From: Mobula birostris
Taxonomy: Eukaryota
NCBI RefSeq assembly: GCF_030028105.1
Contig: NC_092371.1
Span: forward strand, 14,281,884 to 14,345,883
Direction of reading: 5' to 3'
DNA length: 64,000 bases
Under the pieces are notes generated by a model that saw only the letters and a program-made list of their open reading frames with translations, was not told where the DNA came from and did not search any database. How positions within the stretch are numbered: the stretch's first letter is position 1; every line of letters begins with the position of its first letter. Below, in pieces: positions 1 through 11,854 of this stretch. Both the position numbers and the translations under genes were made by a program.

Positions 1-670
1 AGTCCCATAGACGCACAATTAAATCCCATAGACACACTATTAAATTCCCACTCGGCGGGAGGAGAGAGAAGCAGCGCGCCGCGCGTGCGCAGCCCTCCGG
101 TGAAAAATGATATCGTATCCGTTAAATAGGGGCCGTGGACAATTCTGATTTGACGGAGATAGACGTGAAATTACAAAGGAACATCTGGAAAAAATTCTGA
201 AACTCTGGTTCGCTGCTGTCGTTACTGCGCGGTCGGGAAACTTGCGGAGGAAAGGCCTCAAAATCCCTGGCTTTGCCTGCTGTTGGCGACCGAGATGGAG
301 GTCGAATCGTTCGGATCGAGATGGCGCTCAGTACTCGGTGTCGGAGAGCTGATCAGAGCTCGAAGTTTTCGGATGACTCAGAGTCGGACCGTGGTCGGCT
401 ATGGCAGGGAGAGTTTTTCTCTTTCTGCGTGAGATGTGGGACATTTGAGAGACTTCGAACTTTTACTGTGCTCATGGACTTCTTCATCAAGTTATAGTAT
501 TGTTGCACTGTTGTAACTATATGTTATAATTATGTGGTTGTGTTAGTGTTTTTCAGTCTTGGTCTGTCCTGTGTTTTGTAATATCACACCGGAAGAAATA
601 TTGTATCATTTCTTAACGTATACATTACTAAATGACAATAAAAGAGGACTGCGTGTCTGCATAATCTAAA
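1..670 (+). mobile_element. 3' end of an unclassified interspersed repeat (probably non-LTR retroelement 3' UTR)
   Basis: No long ORF; ends with AATAAA near 637 followed by ATAATCTAA and an A-run, the pattern of a retroposed tail. Family not identified. Confidence 0.4.
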
Positions 671-685
671 AAAAAATCCAGTTAC

Positions 686-819
686 TCCTCACGAAGGGTC
701 TCGGCCTCAAACGTCGACTGTACCTCTTCCTAGAGATGCTGCCTGGCCTGCTGCGTTCACCAGCAACTTTGATGTGTGTTGCTTGAAATTCCAGCATCTG
801 CAGAATTCCTGTTGTTTGC
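686..819 (+). mobile_element. Penelope-like element terminal (pLTR) fragment
   Basis: GAAGGGTCTCGGCC..AAACGTCGACTG..GATGCTGCCTGGCCTGCTGCGTTCACCAGCAACTTT; the same sequence ends the GIY-YIG-encoding copy at 56178-56980. Confidence 0.75.
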
Positions 820-2707
820 TCAGTGACGGTTGTTTTCTGTTTATTTATGCAGGGTCGTGTGTATGTTTTATCGCGTTTTAACGGAATTTAGCGTATTTCG
901 AGGATGGGAAGTGTCACATTATCATTTGTGGCTTCATAACAGGGCAAGGTTATCAGTAAAAACAAGTTAAAGTACTGGACAGGCGGAGTGTGATTGAATG
1001 GAAATAGATTCTGGAAGTTTTGACCCGCTTCTGCTATTCGCTTGTGAGAACTGTAGGGTCGAACGGCTTCCTTTTGCTGCTACGTTACAGGGTCTATGGA
1101 ATAAATAGTCTCGCTTGTATGCACGGTATTGACTGAGGAACACCCTTAACTTTTCCATGCGAATTCTGAAAGTTACGACAGGGATTTGAACACTATTATG
1201 AATTTATAAACATCAACAAAAAATGGTAATTCGTGGGATATCAACAATCCGACAGGAATTCCGAAATTTGCTCCTAATACCCTTTGATTGTGATACTGTC
1301 CCGACCGTTAATTCCCCAATTTCTCCTAATTCCCTTTGGTAGCGGCACACCTGGCTCCCATCAAGACCTGCAGCATAAAAACCCCGGCTTTGCATCCACT
1401 CGTTGCCAGATCGTTGTTTAGCCAGTGTGGTAATTAACGCTTCCGGCCGCTTAGGATTGTGTATTCTAAGTTTTACTTCTGTATCGAGGTTTACCTGTGC
1501 AACTCCGTCTCTCTGTGTCAAAAAAAGTATTGTCTATCGCTTGCGTTTCTACGTTCCGTGTCAAGATAAGGATTGCCTGCCGCCTGCCTTTCTGTTTGCC
1601 ATTCAACTCCAGCAACGCTTCGTGTCAGGTTCCAGCTACGTTGACGCCCTCATCAGCATCCTTACCCTATCTCCATGCCAGTGTCCTGCGTTTGGGTTCG
1701 CCTGGTCCTTGTAAAAGTTAAAGGCAGGGAGCAAAGATTAAAAAGCACTGTGAAACTTTATTAGTTTGGTCCTGAAGAAGGGTCTTGGCCCTAAAAGTCG
1801 ACTGTTTATTAATTTCCATAGATGTTACCTGGCCTGCGGAGTTCCTCCTGAATGTTGTCTGTTTTGCTTTGGATTTCCAGCATGTACAGAATTTATTGTG
1901 TTCATAATTTCGGTGCTGTAAATATCTCAGATTTGTCCTCAGCTCTTTATGTTCCATTTAAATATCAGGCACATTCTCAGGGGTAATATATCAAGTATAA
2001 TGTATCGAAAGTTGTTGACTATAGAAAACCGGGCAGGAACATGATTGGGAAATCGAATTATCCATACAAAAGGCTATCAATCCGTAATAGCAGGAAAATT
2101 ACCTATCATATGGACAACTATAAGATTGTTCACTGCATAATTCAGACGCAGCACGGGTCTTTCGGGTAGAAAATGTCTCTTTCACGGCCCTGCGTGTTTG
2201 TGCACCTGTATTTGCGAATTCTTTTCGTATCTAGTGTCGTTAACCCTTGTGCTTTCTGTTTCATCTTGTCAAGTTTATGTTGATTGGCACGGGATTTCTG
2301 CGTACTGATATTATTTAAGGCAGATTCCTCATTTGCACTGATGGTGGTGTCCTGGTTTTTCGAAAATGATTCATTTCGCGGTGGTGCCCAGATAAGCCAT
2401 CAATGTTCTGTTGGAATTACTCTGAATACACTCTGGTTTCTGTCTGTATATGAGAGTCTGTAGTTCCTCCGCACCTGAGTCAATCGTTTGTCAGCGCATA
2501 CAGTGGCATTTGCTTCCTGAGCCACAAATGAACACAGCCGAGTTTCAGCAGCCGCTTGGATAACGGTTAGCTGGAGGCGATCGTCTCTTATATTCTCAGT
2601 GCTCGTGTCGAGGCTCTGTTACGAGTATTCCTATGACTTCCACTGACCGACAGGTTTCCAAGGAATATTCCATATTCCCGAAATAATGCCATGTTACTGA
2701 TGTTATC

Positions 2708-2820
2708 GAGAGCATCAGGTCTGTCTCTAGTTTACCAGTCAAGTCTCCAGAGTATCAGGTCTGTCTCGAGTTTCCCAGCACTTTCTCGAGAGCATCCTGT
2801 CTGTTTCGAATTTACAAGCC
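2708..2820. repeat. Minisatellite, about 3 diverged copies of a 40-bp unit
   Basis: AGCATCAGGTCTGTCTC / AGTATCAGGTCTGTCTC / AGCATCCTGTCTGTTTC start at 2711, 2751 and 2791. Confidence 0.75.
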
Positions 2821-3781
2821 CTGTCTCGAGTAACCTAGGGCTCCTTGGGACGACAGGTGCCGGCCTTCGGGAATGATATACTGCCATCAGCCAGACGGGG
2901 CTGTGAACGTGTCTTTTTTCATTGTTGGTTTATATAGAGTCATTAACCCATTTTGCTTTCTGTTTAATCTTGTCAAGTTTATTTTGACTGACACGTGTTT
3001 TCGTTGTACTACGGCTTTTTAAAGTAGACTCCCCATTGCCACTTATTGCGGTGTCCTGGTGTTTCGGGAAAGATTCGACTCGCTGTTGCTCAGTCAAGCC
3101 ACAGATTTCTTGTTGGAATTCTTATCTAAAGCTGTCTCGATATGGGAGTCTGTGGTTCTTATGCGCTTGGGTTCAGTCGTTTTCAGCGCACGTCGTGACA
3201 GTCTCATAGATGGGGCTCCTTGCTTAGTGGGGTCAAATTCGAGACAATTAGAAGGATAACGAGTGGAACTAATTGAATCGGTGTACAGGTCTGGAACTCT
3301 CTTACTGAAAGGCCCTTGGTGCTGAAACTCTTTATTGGGGGCAGCACCAGTGTTCTTTATCCAGGATTGAATTATTCCATCAACATGACCAATAAAAGAT
3401 AGTGAGGGTGGGGGTTGCAACTGAGAACTCCGGGTGCTCGAAGTTCCGCTGGTGAACATGTGGTGGCGGTAGAGAGCTATCGAGGACCCGAGTCGGTCTT
3501 AACCTTCCAAAGCAGCGTCAGCAACGCAAAATAGAGTTAGATTTGCATTTCGATTGCGCCAATCCGAATTTCAGCAGCGCAACAGGAGCTTTACACCAGT
3601 TAGTTCATTGATGTAGTCATTCCTGTAATATATTAAGCAGAGTATCATGTTCCTAACCGGATGATCTATTTTGCTGAAGTTTTTCTGGGATCGCTGTTAA
3701 CGCCGGTCCCAATGCTCTACTTTCGTTAAGGGTTGAGTAGAATTGAGTGATATAAGAATTAAAATCTTCCACCTTACAGAA

Positions 3782-4320
3782 ATACACTAAGTGGTCGCTT
3801 ATTTTGTACACCTATATACCCGATCATTAATGTAAATATCTAATCAGTCAGTCAAGTGGCAACAACGCATTGTTTAAAAGTACGCATAAACAATCAGGAA
3901 GTTCACTTGTTGGTTGGACCACAGAACTGAATGGAGAAGAAAAGTGAATTTGATCGGAATGATATTTGGTGCCAGATGGAGCGTTTCGAGTATTTCGGAA
4001 ACCGCTGCTCTCCTGGAATTTTCACACACAACTGTTACTGGAGTTTACAGAGAATGATGCGAAAAACAACCGATTAAACAATTAAAGAAAATCATCCAGT
4101 GATCAGCAGCTCTATGGGAATGCCTTGTTAATGAGTGAGGTCAGTGGAGAATAGTTGGACTGGTTCAAGCTGACTGCAAGGTGACGGTAACTCGACTGTA
4201 TTAACACTGTTGTGCACACTAGGGGTTTCAACAGTGATGAAGAGGAGTATATCTGAACGCAAAATACGTCGAACAGCAGCAGGCCATGGACATAGAGGAG
4301 GTTTCGAATAAAGAGGTAAG
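3782..4320. mobile_element. Decayed non-autonomous Tc1/mariner-like DNA element
   Basis: Starts TACACTAAGTGGTCGCTTTATTTTGTACACC (Tc1-type terminus); its internal sequence is shared with the copy at 50099-50445. Confidence 0.55.
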
Positions 4321-4999
4321 AGCAGAGATTACTATTATATTTCCTCCATGGGCTCTTCCCAATCCGCCTATTTACTGCTGCCATCGAATAACGCGCTGAT
4401 TCGGTTGCATTTTGGATATGCTTGTGGAGCATATTCATGCCTTAACAGTCCACGTGAGTCAAGTGAAAGAAGATACCCAGAACAGATACACAGGTGCAGA
4501 AAGGTAACAACCCACGGGACCTGTTACATGAGGAGTAGTGAAGACATTCGACTTCAGCCTGCAACGGAGGAAGGTACGGGGGCGTACGGTTCGACATGCA
4601 CAGTGTAGAGAGGAAATATTTGAGCCCCTTCCGTCACCAGCTCATTACTGGGGAATAGTAGAAGGAGCTTTTTCCATCATAGGCATCAAAATTAGATGTG
4701 CAATTCATTGCCACAGACAGGTGTGGGAGCTTCGTCATTGGGTATATTTAAAGCGGAATTTACGGGATCTTTGATTAGTAACGGCGTCAGAGATTCCACC
4801 GAGAATGCAGGGAACAGAGTTCGGCAGGACAATAAATAAACCTTAATAGAATTCTGGGTCAAACTTGATGGGCTGAATCGCCTGATACAGCTCCTATGTT
4901 TATGCTTTAAGATTAAGAAATATTTCTGAAATGACTCCGCAGGCATTTTCACTGTCAATCTTAACTGTTTAAAATGATACCTATGTCGATAAAACAGCA

Positions 5000-6385
5000 G
5001 CACGAAAGAAAGAAACAGCAACAGACACAAAATGCTGGAGGAACTGTGGAAAAGAATTGTCGACGTTTCGGGCTGAGACCCTTTATCAGGTCCAGGGAAA
5101 AAGTTGTGAATTCAGAGTCTGAAGGATGGGGGGAGAAAAGTAGAAACACAACGTGATGGGTGAATCCGGGGGGTGAGGTGGGTGTGGAGGTGATGTGTAA
5201 TAAAGAGCTGGGAAGTTGATTGGTGAAAGAGATACAGGGTGGGAAAAGGGGTAGTGTGACAGGAGAGGAGTGAAAGCCATGGAGGGAAGAACAGTGGTAG
5301 GAGAACCAGAGGAAGGTGATAGACAGATAACGTGAGAGAGGGAAATAGGAATGGGGAACGGTGAAGTAGAGGGGGGTGGTGGCATCTCGAAGTTCAAAAA
5401 AACGATGCTCACGCCACCAGGTTGGACGGTCCTCGGACGGAAGATAAGGCGTTGCTCCTGCAGACTGGGTGTGGCCTCATCATGACAGTAGAGGAGGCCA
5501 TGGACTGACATCTCGAGATTGGAATGGGAAGTGGAATTAAAATGCGTGGACATTGGGAAATCCCGCTTTTTCTGGCGTAGGTGCTCGGCGAAGGGGTCTC
5601 CTAATCTACGTTGGGTTTCGCCGACATTCAGGGGGCTACACCGGGAGCACCAGATTCAGTACATGACCGAAACAAACTCACAATTGAAGTATCGCCTCAC
5701 CTGGAAGGACTGTCTGGAGCTCTGAGTGGTAGTGAGAGAGGAGGTGCAGGGGCAGGCGTAGCATATGTTCCGCTCACAAGTGTAAGTGCCAGGAAGGAGA
5801 TCAGTGTGGAGGGACGAATAGTCAAGGAAGTCGCATACAACGCGTTAACTGCGGAAAGGAGAAAGTTGAGAGGGAAAGAGGGAAAGGTACTTGGCGTTCG
5901 AATCCCATTGGGGATGGGGGAAGTTACGGAGAAGCGTGCTGGACGCGAAGGCTGGTCGTGTGATAGGTGAGAACAAGCTGAACCCTATCCCCGATAGGGT
6001 GGCGGGAGAATGGGATGAGGGCCGACGTGCTTGAATTGGAAGTGATGCGGTTGAGGGCAGCGTTCATGGTGGAGGATGGGAAGCCTCTTTCTTTGAAGAA
6101 GGGCGAGATCTTCGTTCTTATCCTAAGAAGAGATGCGGCGGAGACGGACGAATCGAGAGAAGGTGTTGGCACTTTTACAGGTAACTGGGTGAGAAGAGGT
6201 ATTGTCCAGGTAGCTGTGAGAGTCAGTGGCTTTATAATAGACTTCAGTAGATATGCTTGTCTCCAAAGATTGAGAGAAAGAGATCGAGAAAGGAGAAGGA
6301 GGTGTCGGAATAGACGAAGTAAATTTGAGGGCAGCGTGGAAGTTGGAGCAAAAGTTGATGAGGTCGGCGTGCTCCCCAATCACGA
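5000..6385 (-). mobile_element. Penelope-like retroelement, 5'-truncated (RT C-terminus, GIY-YIG, pLTR)
   Basis: Minus frames NFHAALKFT..YYKATDSHSYLDNTSSHP, FFKERGFPSS and THFNSTSHSNLEMSVHGLLYCHDEATPSLQEQRLIFR, matching the 56.3-56.7 kb copy. Confidence 0.85.
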
Positions 6386-6499
6386 AGTATGTCTGAATTA
6401 GTACAAGACAACAAAGTGTGATAATCCTTCAGGCTCGAAAGAAATAAACAATCAATGAATGGCTGAAGGAAAGTGCCGAAGTGAAGGATGGCACCAGTC

Positions 6500-7010
6500 T
6501 AGAGTATGGCCCTTTTGGTAAACTCCAATTTTGTGAGTGAACCTCTTGGTGTTTACGTGAACTGTAGCAAGATCTTTATCAAGGAACCGCATGGTAAGCT
6601 GGTTCAGAAGCTTGAAAAACATAAGGCACGGGATGAGGGAGCCAATTACCTAAAAAATAGTTTGTTTGGCATTGGATTGAGAGCGGTAATGAAATATTCT
6701 TTTATACACTATAGGACTGATATCAATGGTGTAAAACAGCAACATGTTCTGACTCTACGATTGCTCGGCTATAATAACCATTTGGATGAGAAAGTAGTTG
6801 GCATGCTTGGCATGTTGCACTTTGGGATGATAAGCTGCAATAACTTCCGCGTCAATCTGCAAGAACCTGGGAGTGTTGTAGAACAGAGAGACAGAGGGAT
6901 ATCAGTGGCAAAATGCATGATGCTGAATCACGTTATGTCCCTACATATATCAATTCCAGCCTGGAATCTGGCGAGGCTATTAGAGAGTGAACTTCATCAG
7001 TTGTCAGTTG
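6500..7010 (+). mobile_element. Decayed CR1 LINE reverse-transcriptase fragment
   Basis: Frameshifted remnants such as KEPHGKLVQKL and MLHFG, homologous to the better preserved CR1 copies in this window. Confidence 0.55.
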
Positions 7011-7189
7011 CTGACTGAACTGGGTGATAACATAATATTTAATCCTGACCACCATTGCTTAAACTGCCCGGCACAACCCCACCCCAACAGAGGGCACAGA
7101 CTTTGCATCCCTTTTGATTTCAATTCATTAGTGTGTAATGTGATTGGCACTCATTTCCCTAAACTTCACAGAGCTTGATGTCTCCTTCT

Positions 7190-8070
7190 CAACCTCAAAG
7201 GAAAAGTAAATCTAGTATCGAAGTTCATCTATGTCATCATGCTCTCCCACCAGATTCATCTTCCTGCGGACAGTCAGTGTAAATGCAAAGAAGCGCAAAT
7301 GAATCAATGAACTACGACAGGCAACAAAGACGGACAATGAACCATTGTGCAAATACCCAAAATAATAATAAATAAAATAGCAATAAAGATGTAGAACATG
7401 AGTTACAGAGCTTTTGAAAGTGTCCATAGGCAGTGGAATCCGTTGAGTGTTGGTGTGAATGAAGGTGAGTGAAGTTATTCCCTCTGTTTCAAGAGTCTAA
7501 TAATAGAAGATGATAGTAGAAGGTGATAGCTGTCCCACAATTGTGGGCCTAAGGCTCATGTACATTCTTCTTACGGCAGCAGCGAGAAGAGATCAAGGCT
7601 TGCATAGTGGGGTTGGTGGGGAGGGTGTCCTTGAGGATGGTTGCTGCTTTCATGCGACTGCTCCGCTTTAATTATTCTCAACAGTTGGGAGGACTTTAAT
7701 AGTGATGATCTCGGCTTTATCCTCCTTTTTGTGCAGGTCTTTCCGCTCAAGAGTACTGGCATTTCCATAGCAGGCAGTGATACAAGTCGTCAATATAGAC
7801 TTAATCATGCAGTTTTTAAGAGTTATAGATATTATGCCAAGCTTTGCAAACTTCGAAGAGAGTACTGGCCCTGTCGTGTCTTCTTTGTAATGGCGGTTGT
7901 GGGTTGGACACTGGACGAAAATGATAACATCTTTGATCTCCTGATGAGGACTGGCTGAAGGATCTCCGACTTCCTCCCCCTGTAGTCCATAAACTGTTCT
8001 TTGGTTTAGCTGACATTCAGTGAGAGGTTGTTGGTGTGGCACTATTCAGCCAGATAAGGTCATGTCTTTG
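7190..8070 (-). mobile_element. Rex1/Babar-type LINE 3' fragment
   Basis: Minus frame SILTTCITACYGNASTLERKDL matches the Rex1 RT C-terminus seen at 55.0-55.7 kb; followed by a 3' UTR-like tail. Confidence 0.65.
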
Positions 8071-8739
8071 AGTCAGTCCTCTCCCCAAGGGAAGCAAAGG
8101 TTACACGACCGACACGGAGACTTTGATCCGAAGACTAGTGGTAGATATGTTTCACAACCTGCCAGAGGTAGTGATAGACAGAAGGAAAATTGTGCAGGTT
8201 GAAACACATCCGGGCAGTTAGACCGATATAAAAAATTTATTGTGACATCAGTCAAGCGCATACAAATGGGATGAGCGCAGTTAGGCAACTTGGCCGGCTT
8301 TGACACGTTTTGCAGAGATGCCCACTTCTGTGCTGTATAACTGCGTAAGTCTAAATATCGCGGCTCTCAGGGACAGGAAATTAGTGTCATAGTTGGTTGT
8401 CAGTAAGGCTCAACAAGAACCACTCCAAGGGCGTCTAACAAATATTATCGCTGTGGATATGGGCTGGACAGTGCTGGGATTATGACCATTTCAGATCTCG
8501 GATAACAACAAAGCAGGTGCGCGAGGTCCGTGCGTGATCTTATATATTCTCTTGTGTGTCTAGTATTGAAACATTTACTGGGGTCCTCAGATTGTGCTGC
8601 GGGTTGGTTCAGAGATGCAGTGAGATACCGAGCCCATGATCACCCTCCGGGCTATTCACAAATTCTCATGTTGCTCAAGTGAGTTTTCTGTTCGCTGCTT
8701 TCAGAGTTATACATTTATCAGACACGGAGCTGAGAGAGA

Positions 8740-9100
8740 CATTATCTCCTCCACCCCTCCTCTTTCTGTCTTTCTGACACACACACACACACACACAACC
8801 TTGCTCCTCGCGCTCTGCCCCTGTCCCTCCTCTCTCTCTCCCTTTCTCTGCCTCTGTGACACCTCGCCCGCTGCTTCCATCACTCTCCTCTCTGTCTCTC
8901 CCCATCTCTCACACACATTCCCTCCGCTCACGTTCTTATCTGACTCATTCTGCCCCACATCCCACCGTTTTTTTCTTCCACCCAATCTCTCTCCCTCCCT
9001 GCTCTCATTATCTCACCCGCTCTCTTCTGCTTCCCATAACTCATTCGACTTCTCTTCCTCTGCCCCTCTCTCTTTCCCTGTCCCTCTGTCCCCCGATTCA
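8740..9100. repeat. CT/CA-rich low-complexity tract
   Basis: (CA)n near 8777-8797 and an extended pyrimidine-rich run. Confidence 0.8.
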
Positions 9101-10439
9101 TCGCTTGTCACAACAAATTCCAATTGTGTAAGCTTTGATTTTTAAGATTTATTTCCAGAATCTGACTCTTCCTATTATTGAAGTTTCTCAGATTGAGAGA
9201 ATTAAAAAAAAAATCTGTCGTATCTCATCAACGCCCCCACCTTCCCGGGACCTCGTGACCGCGCCACCTGCACCACTCCACAAACAGGACAGAAACAGCA
9301 GCAATTTGCGTAACTGACGCTAAATAAAGGCTGTGCAAACCCCGTCCCGGTCCCGTGGGAAGATGACGCGGTCCGCAGCTGCATCAGTGCCGCTCACAAC
9401 ACAGACAGCTGGACCCTATCCATCTATCCATTCCATCCTCGAATCTGGTCAGCGACTAAAAAAAAATCACGGGGCATTTCAGAAATAAAAACCAGCTAAT
9501 GTTTCACTGTTGCGTTATTGGATAAATATTGACACCGTGTCACATAAGTCGAACTTTTAAATGGATGAAATTTCTTTTCATCTATTACACAGCATCCAGC
9601 AGATCGTGGCAGAAGGAATGGTGCATGGTGATAAACTAAATCATGGAGAAGGGAAGCGAGGTGTGATGTCCCACACGTGACTTACTGTTTATAACATCCC
9701 TCATTACAGTGACGATCTGCATCGGAATCAGGTATAATATCACTGCTATATGTCGTGAAATTTCTTTCTAGTTCCCCAGAGTGCTGATGACCCGGTTAAA
9801 ATAAACATAGAATGTTATGAAGTAATAGTCTGTTCCGAACTATTAAAATGTTTAGTCCCGTCATTCTGCACCCGGACTATCGGCCTCCATACCACTCCCT
9901 CCATCCAAATTTCCCACAAAATGTTGAGATCAACCCTAATCCATCACAACCGCTGGTAACACTTTCTACACTGTCACCATCCTTTGAGTGAAGAAGTTTC
10001 CTCCGATGTTCCCTTTAAACATTCCACCTTTTAACCTTATGCCATGATCTCTAGTTGTAGCTTCACCCAATATCAGTGGAAAAATAGCCTGCTAATATTT
10101 TACCCTTGCTATATCCCGCTGCAGTGGCGTAGTAGGAGAGAGGTACAGCCACCAGAACTCCCACAGAAAGTAGGTAAGAAAAAGTTTAAAATAGAAACAC
10201 ATTTTGGGATAGGGTAGCTTAGAAAAATAGAGGGCTGTGGGTAATCCTAGGTAATTTCTGAGGTAACGACATGTTGGGCACAGCTTTGTGGGCCGAAAGG
10301 CCTGTATTGTGCTGCAGGGCTTCTATGCTTCTATGTATCTATGAAAGGATAACGTTGATCAATTTCATAGTGAGATTGGCAACATTACTGTGTACATACA
10401 TCTATTGATGCTTCTGGACACATCTTCAGTGATGTTCGT

Positions 10440-11830
10440 GGAATCATCGAGTGTTTCGGGTCTTTCAACATCATACAACCTCTTCCAGGTGACCCAGCCG
10501 GGGCTGATCAGATCCCAGCTTGTGTCCAGATGGCTAGCTACTTATGAATCCATGGCTCCCCTCTTTTGAGCCACAGCCTTCTTGAGGCCCTCTCTGCCAC
10601 ATCGGTGGTACTGCTGATGGCTCTCCTCTCCCTCTCTCCCTCGATGTCCAAAATGCTGAAGGCTCTAACTAAAGAACGGGCTACGAATCCACAAAAACCA
10701 ACCTCCACTGGGAGACACCTCGCTCTCCATTCAGCCTGCTGACAGTTGATGACCAGTCCTGTGTACTTGGAGAGCTTCCTTTCAAAGGCCTCCTCCAAGC
10801 TATCTTCCCATGGGACTGTCAGCTCCAGCAGTACCACTTGCTTAGTAGACTCAGACACTAGGACAATGTCTGGTCGCAGGATGGTGGCTGCGATATGGTT
10901 GGGGAACTTCAGCTGCCCTTCAAGGTCCACCAACAGCTGCCAGTCCCTTGCAGAGGTCAGAATGCCTGCAGATGTTCTTTTGGCAGGTATTGGCTGCTTC
11001 CCAGCTCTGACAAAGGCAATGGTCTGCTTGGAGGGTCGGGACCGCTTCGCCCACTCAACTCCTGCGCTGACGGCTTCAGCGATGGTCTTCAGGACCTGAT
11101 CATGCCTCTACCTGTACCGTCCCTCACCCAGTGCCCTTGCACAGCCGCTGAGGATGTGCTGCAGGGTTCCTCGCTTGGAGCACAGTGGGCACGCAGATGA
11201 CTCTGCCTTGCCCCATGTGTGCAGGATTGATGGGTTTGGAAGTACATCGTACACTGCCTGGATGAGAATTTGGATGCGGTGTGTTTCGGCTTTCCAAAGA
11301 TCAGCCCAGGTCACTTTCCTCTCACCTGCATTCTTCCATCTTGTCCAAGCTCCCTGTTACTTCATTCCCACCGCCTTGCAGGCTCTCATCTCCTCCACTA
11401 CTGCTCTCACCTCCTCCTGAACTAGACGACACCTTTCCTCCCCTCTGGTGTCCATTTGGGGAGTTGGAAAGGATCCTAGCCCAGCTCGGCCTCGTGTGAC
11501 CACTCCCACCAGCTTCCTGTGACGCAGCCTCGCCTCTGCCTCCTGAACAGCTTCCTCTGCCCTCCACTTCCTGCCAGTACTTACATGGGTCCCTCCTCTA
11601 GCCACCTTCGAGTCACTTGAGTCCGTATACTGTAGCACTTCTCTGGCTCTTGTTACCTTGAATTCTTCCTCCAAGGATTTGAAGGGCAGTTGCAGTTTGT
11701 TGTGGTTTCCATAGAGTGCGATGCTGCTCAGGCTCTTTGGCAGCCCCAGCCATCTCCTGAGGTAGTTGCTAAAGAAAGTACATAAATAAAGAGTCGGTGA
11801 AATTATACACATGTATGAGAAGGTGAAGGA
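10440..11830 (-). mobile_element. RLE-type non-LTR retrotransposon (HERO-like clade), 5'-truncated
   Basis: YLRRWLGLPKSLSSIALYG; CCHC knuckle CPLCSKRGTLQHILSGC; restriction-like endonuclease RPDIVLVSESTKQVVLLELTVPWE. Frameshifted. Confidence 0.8.
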
Positions 11831-11854
11831 AGACTTCCGGAAATATATTGGAAC

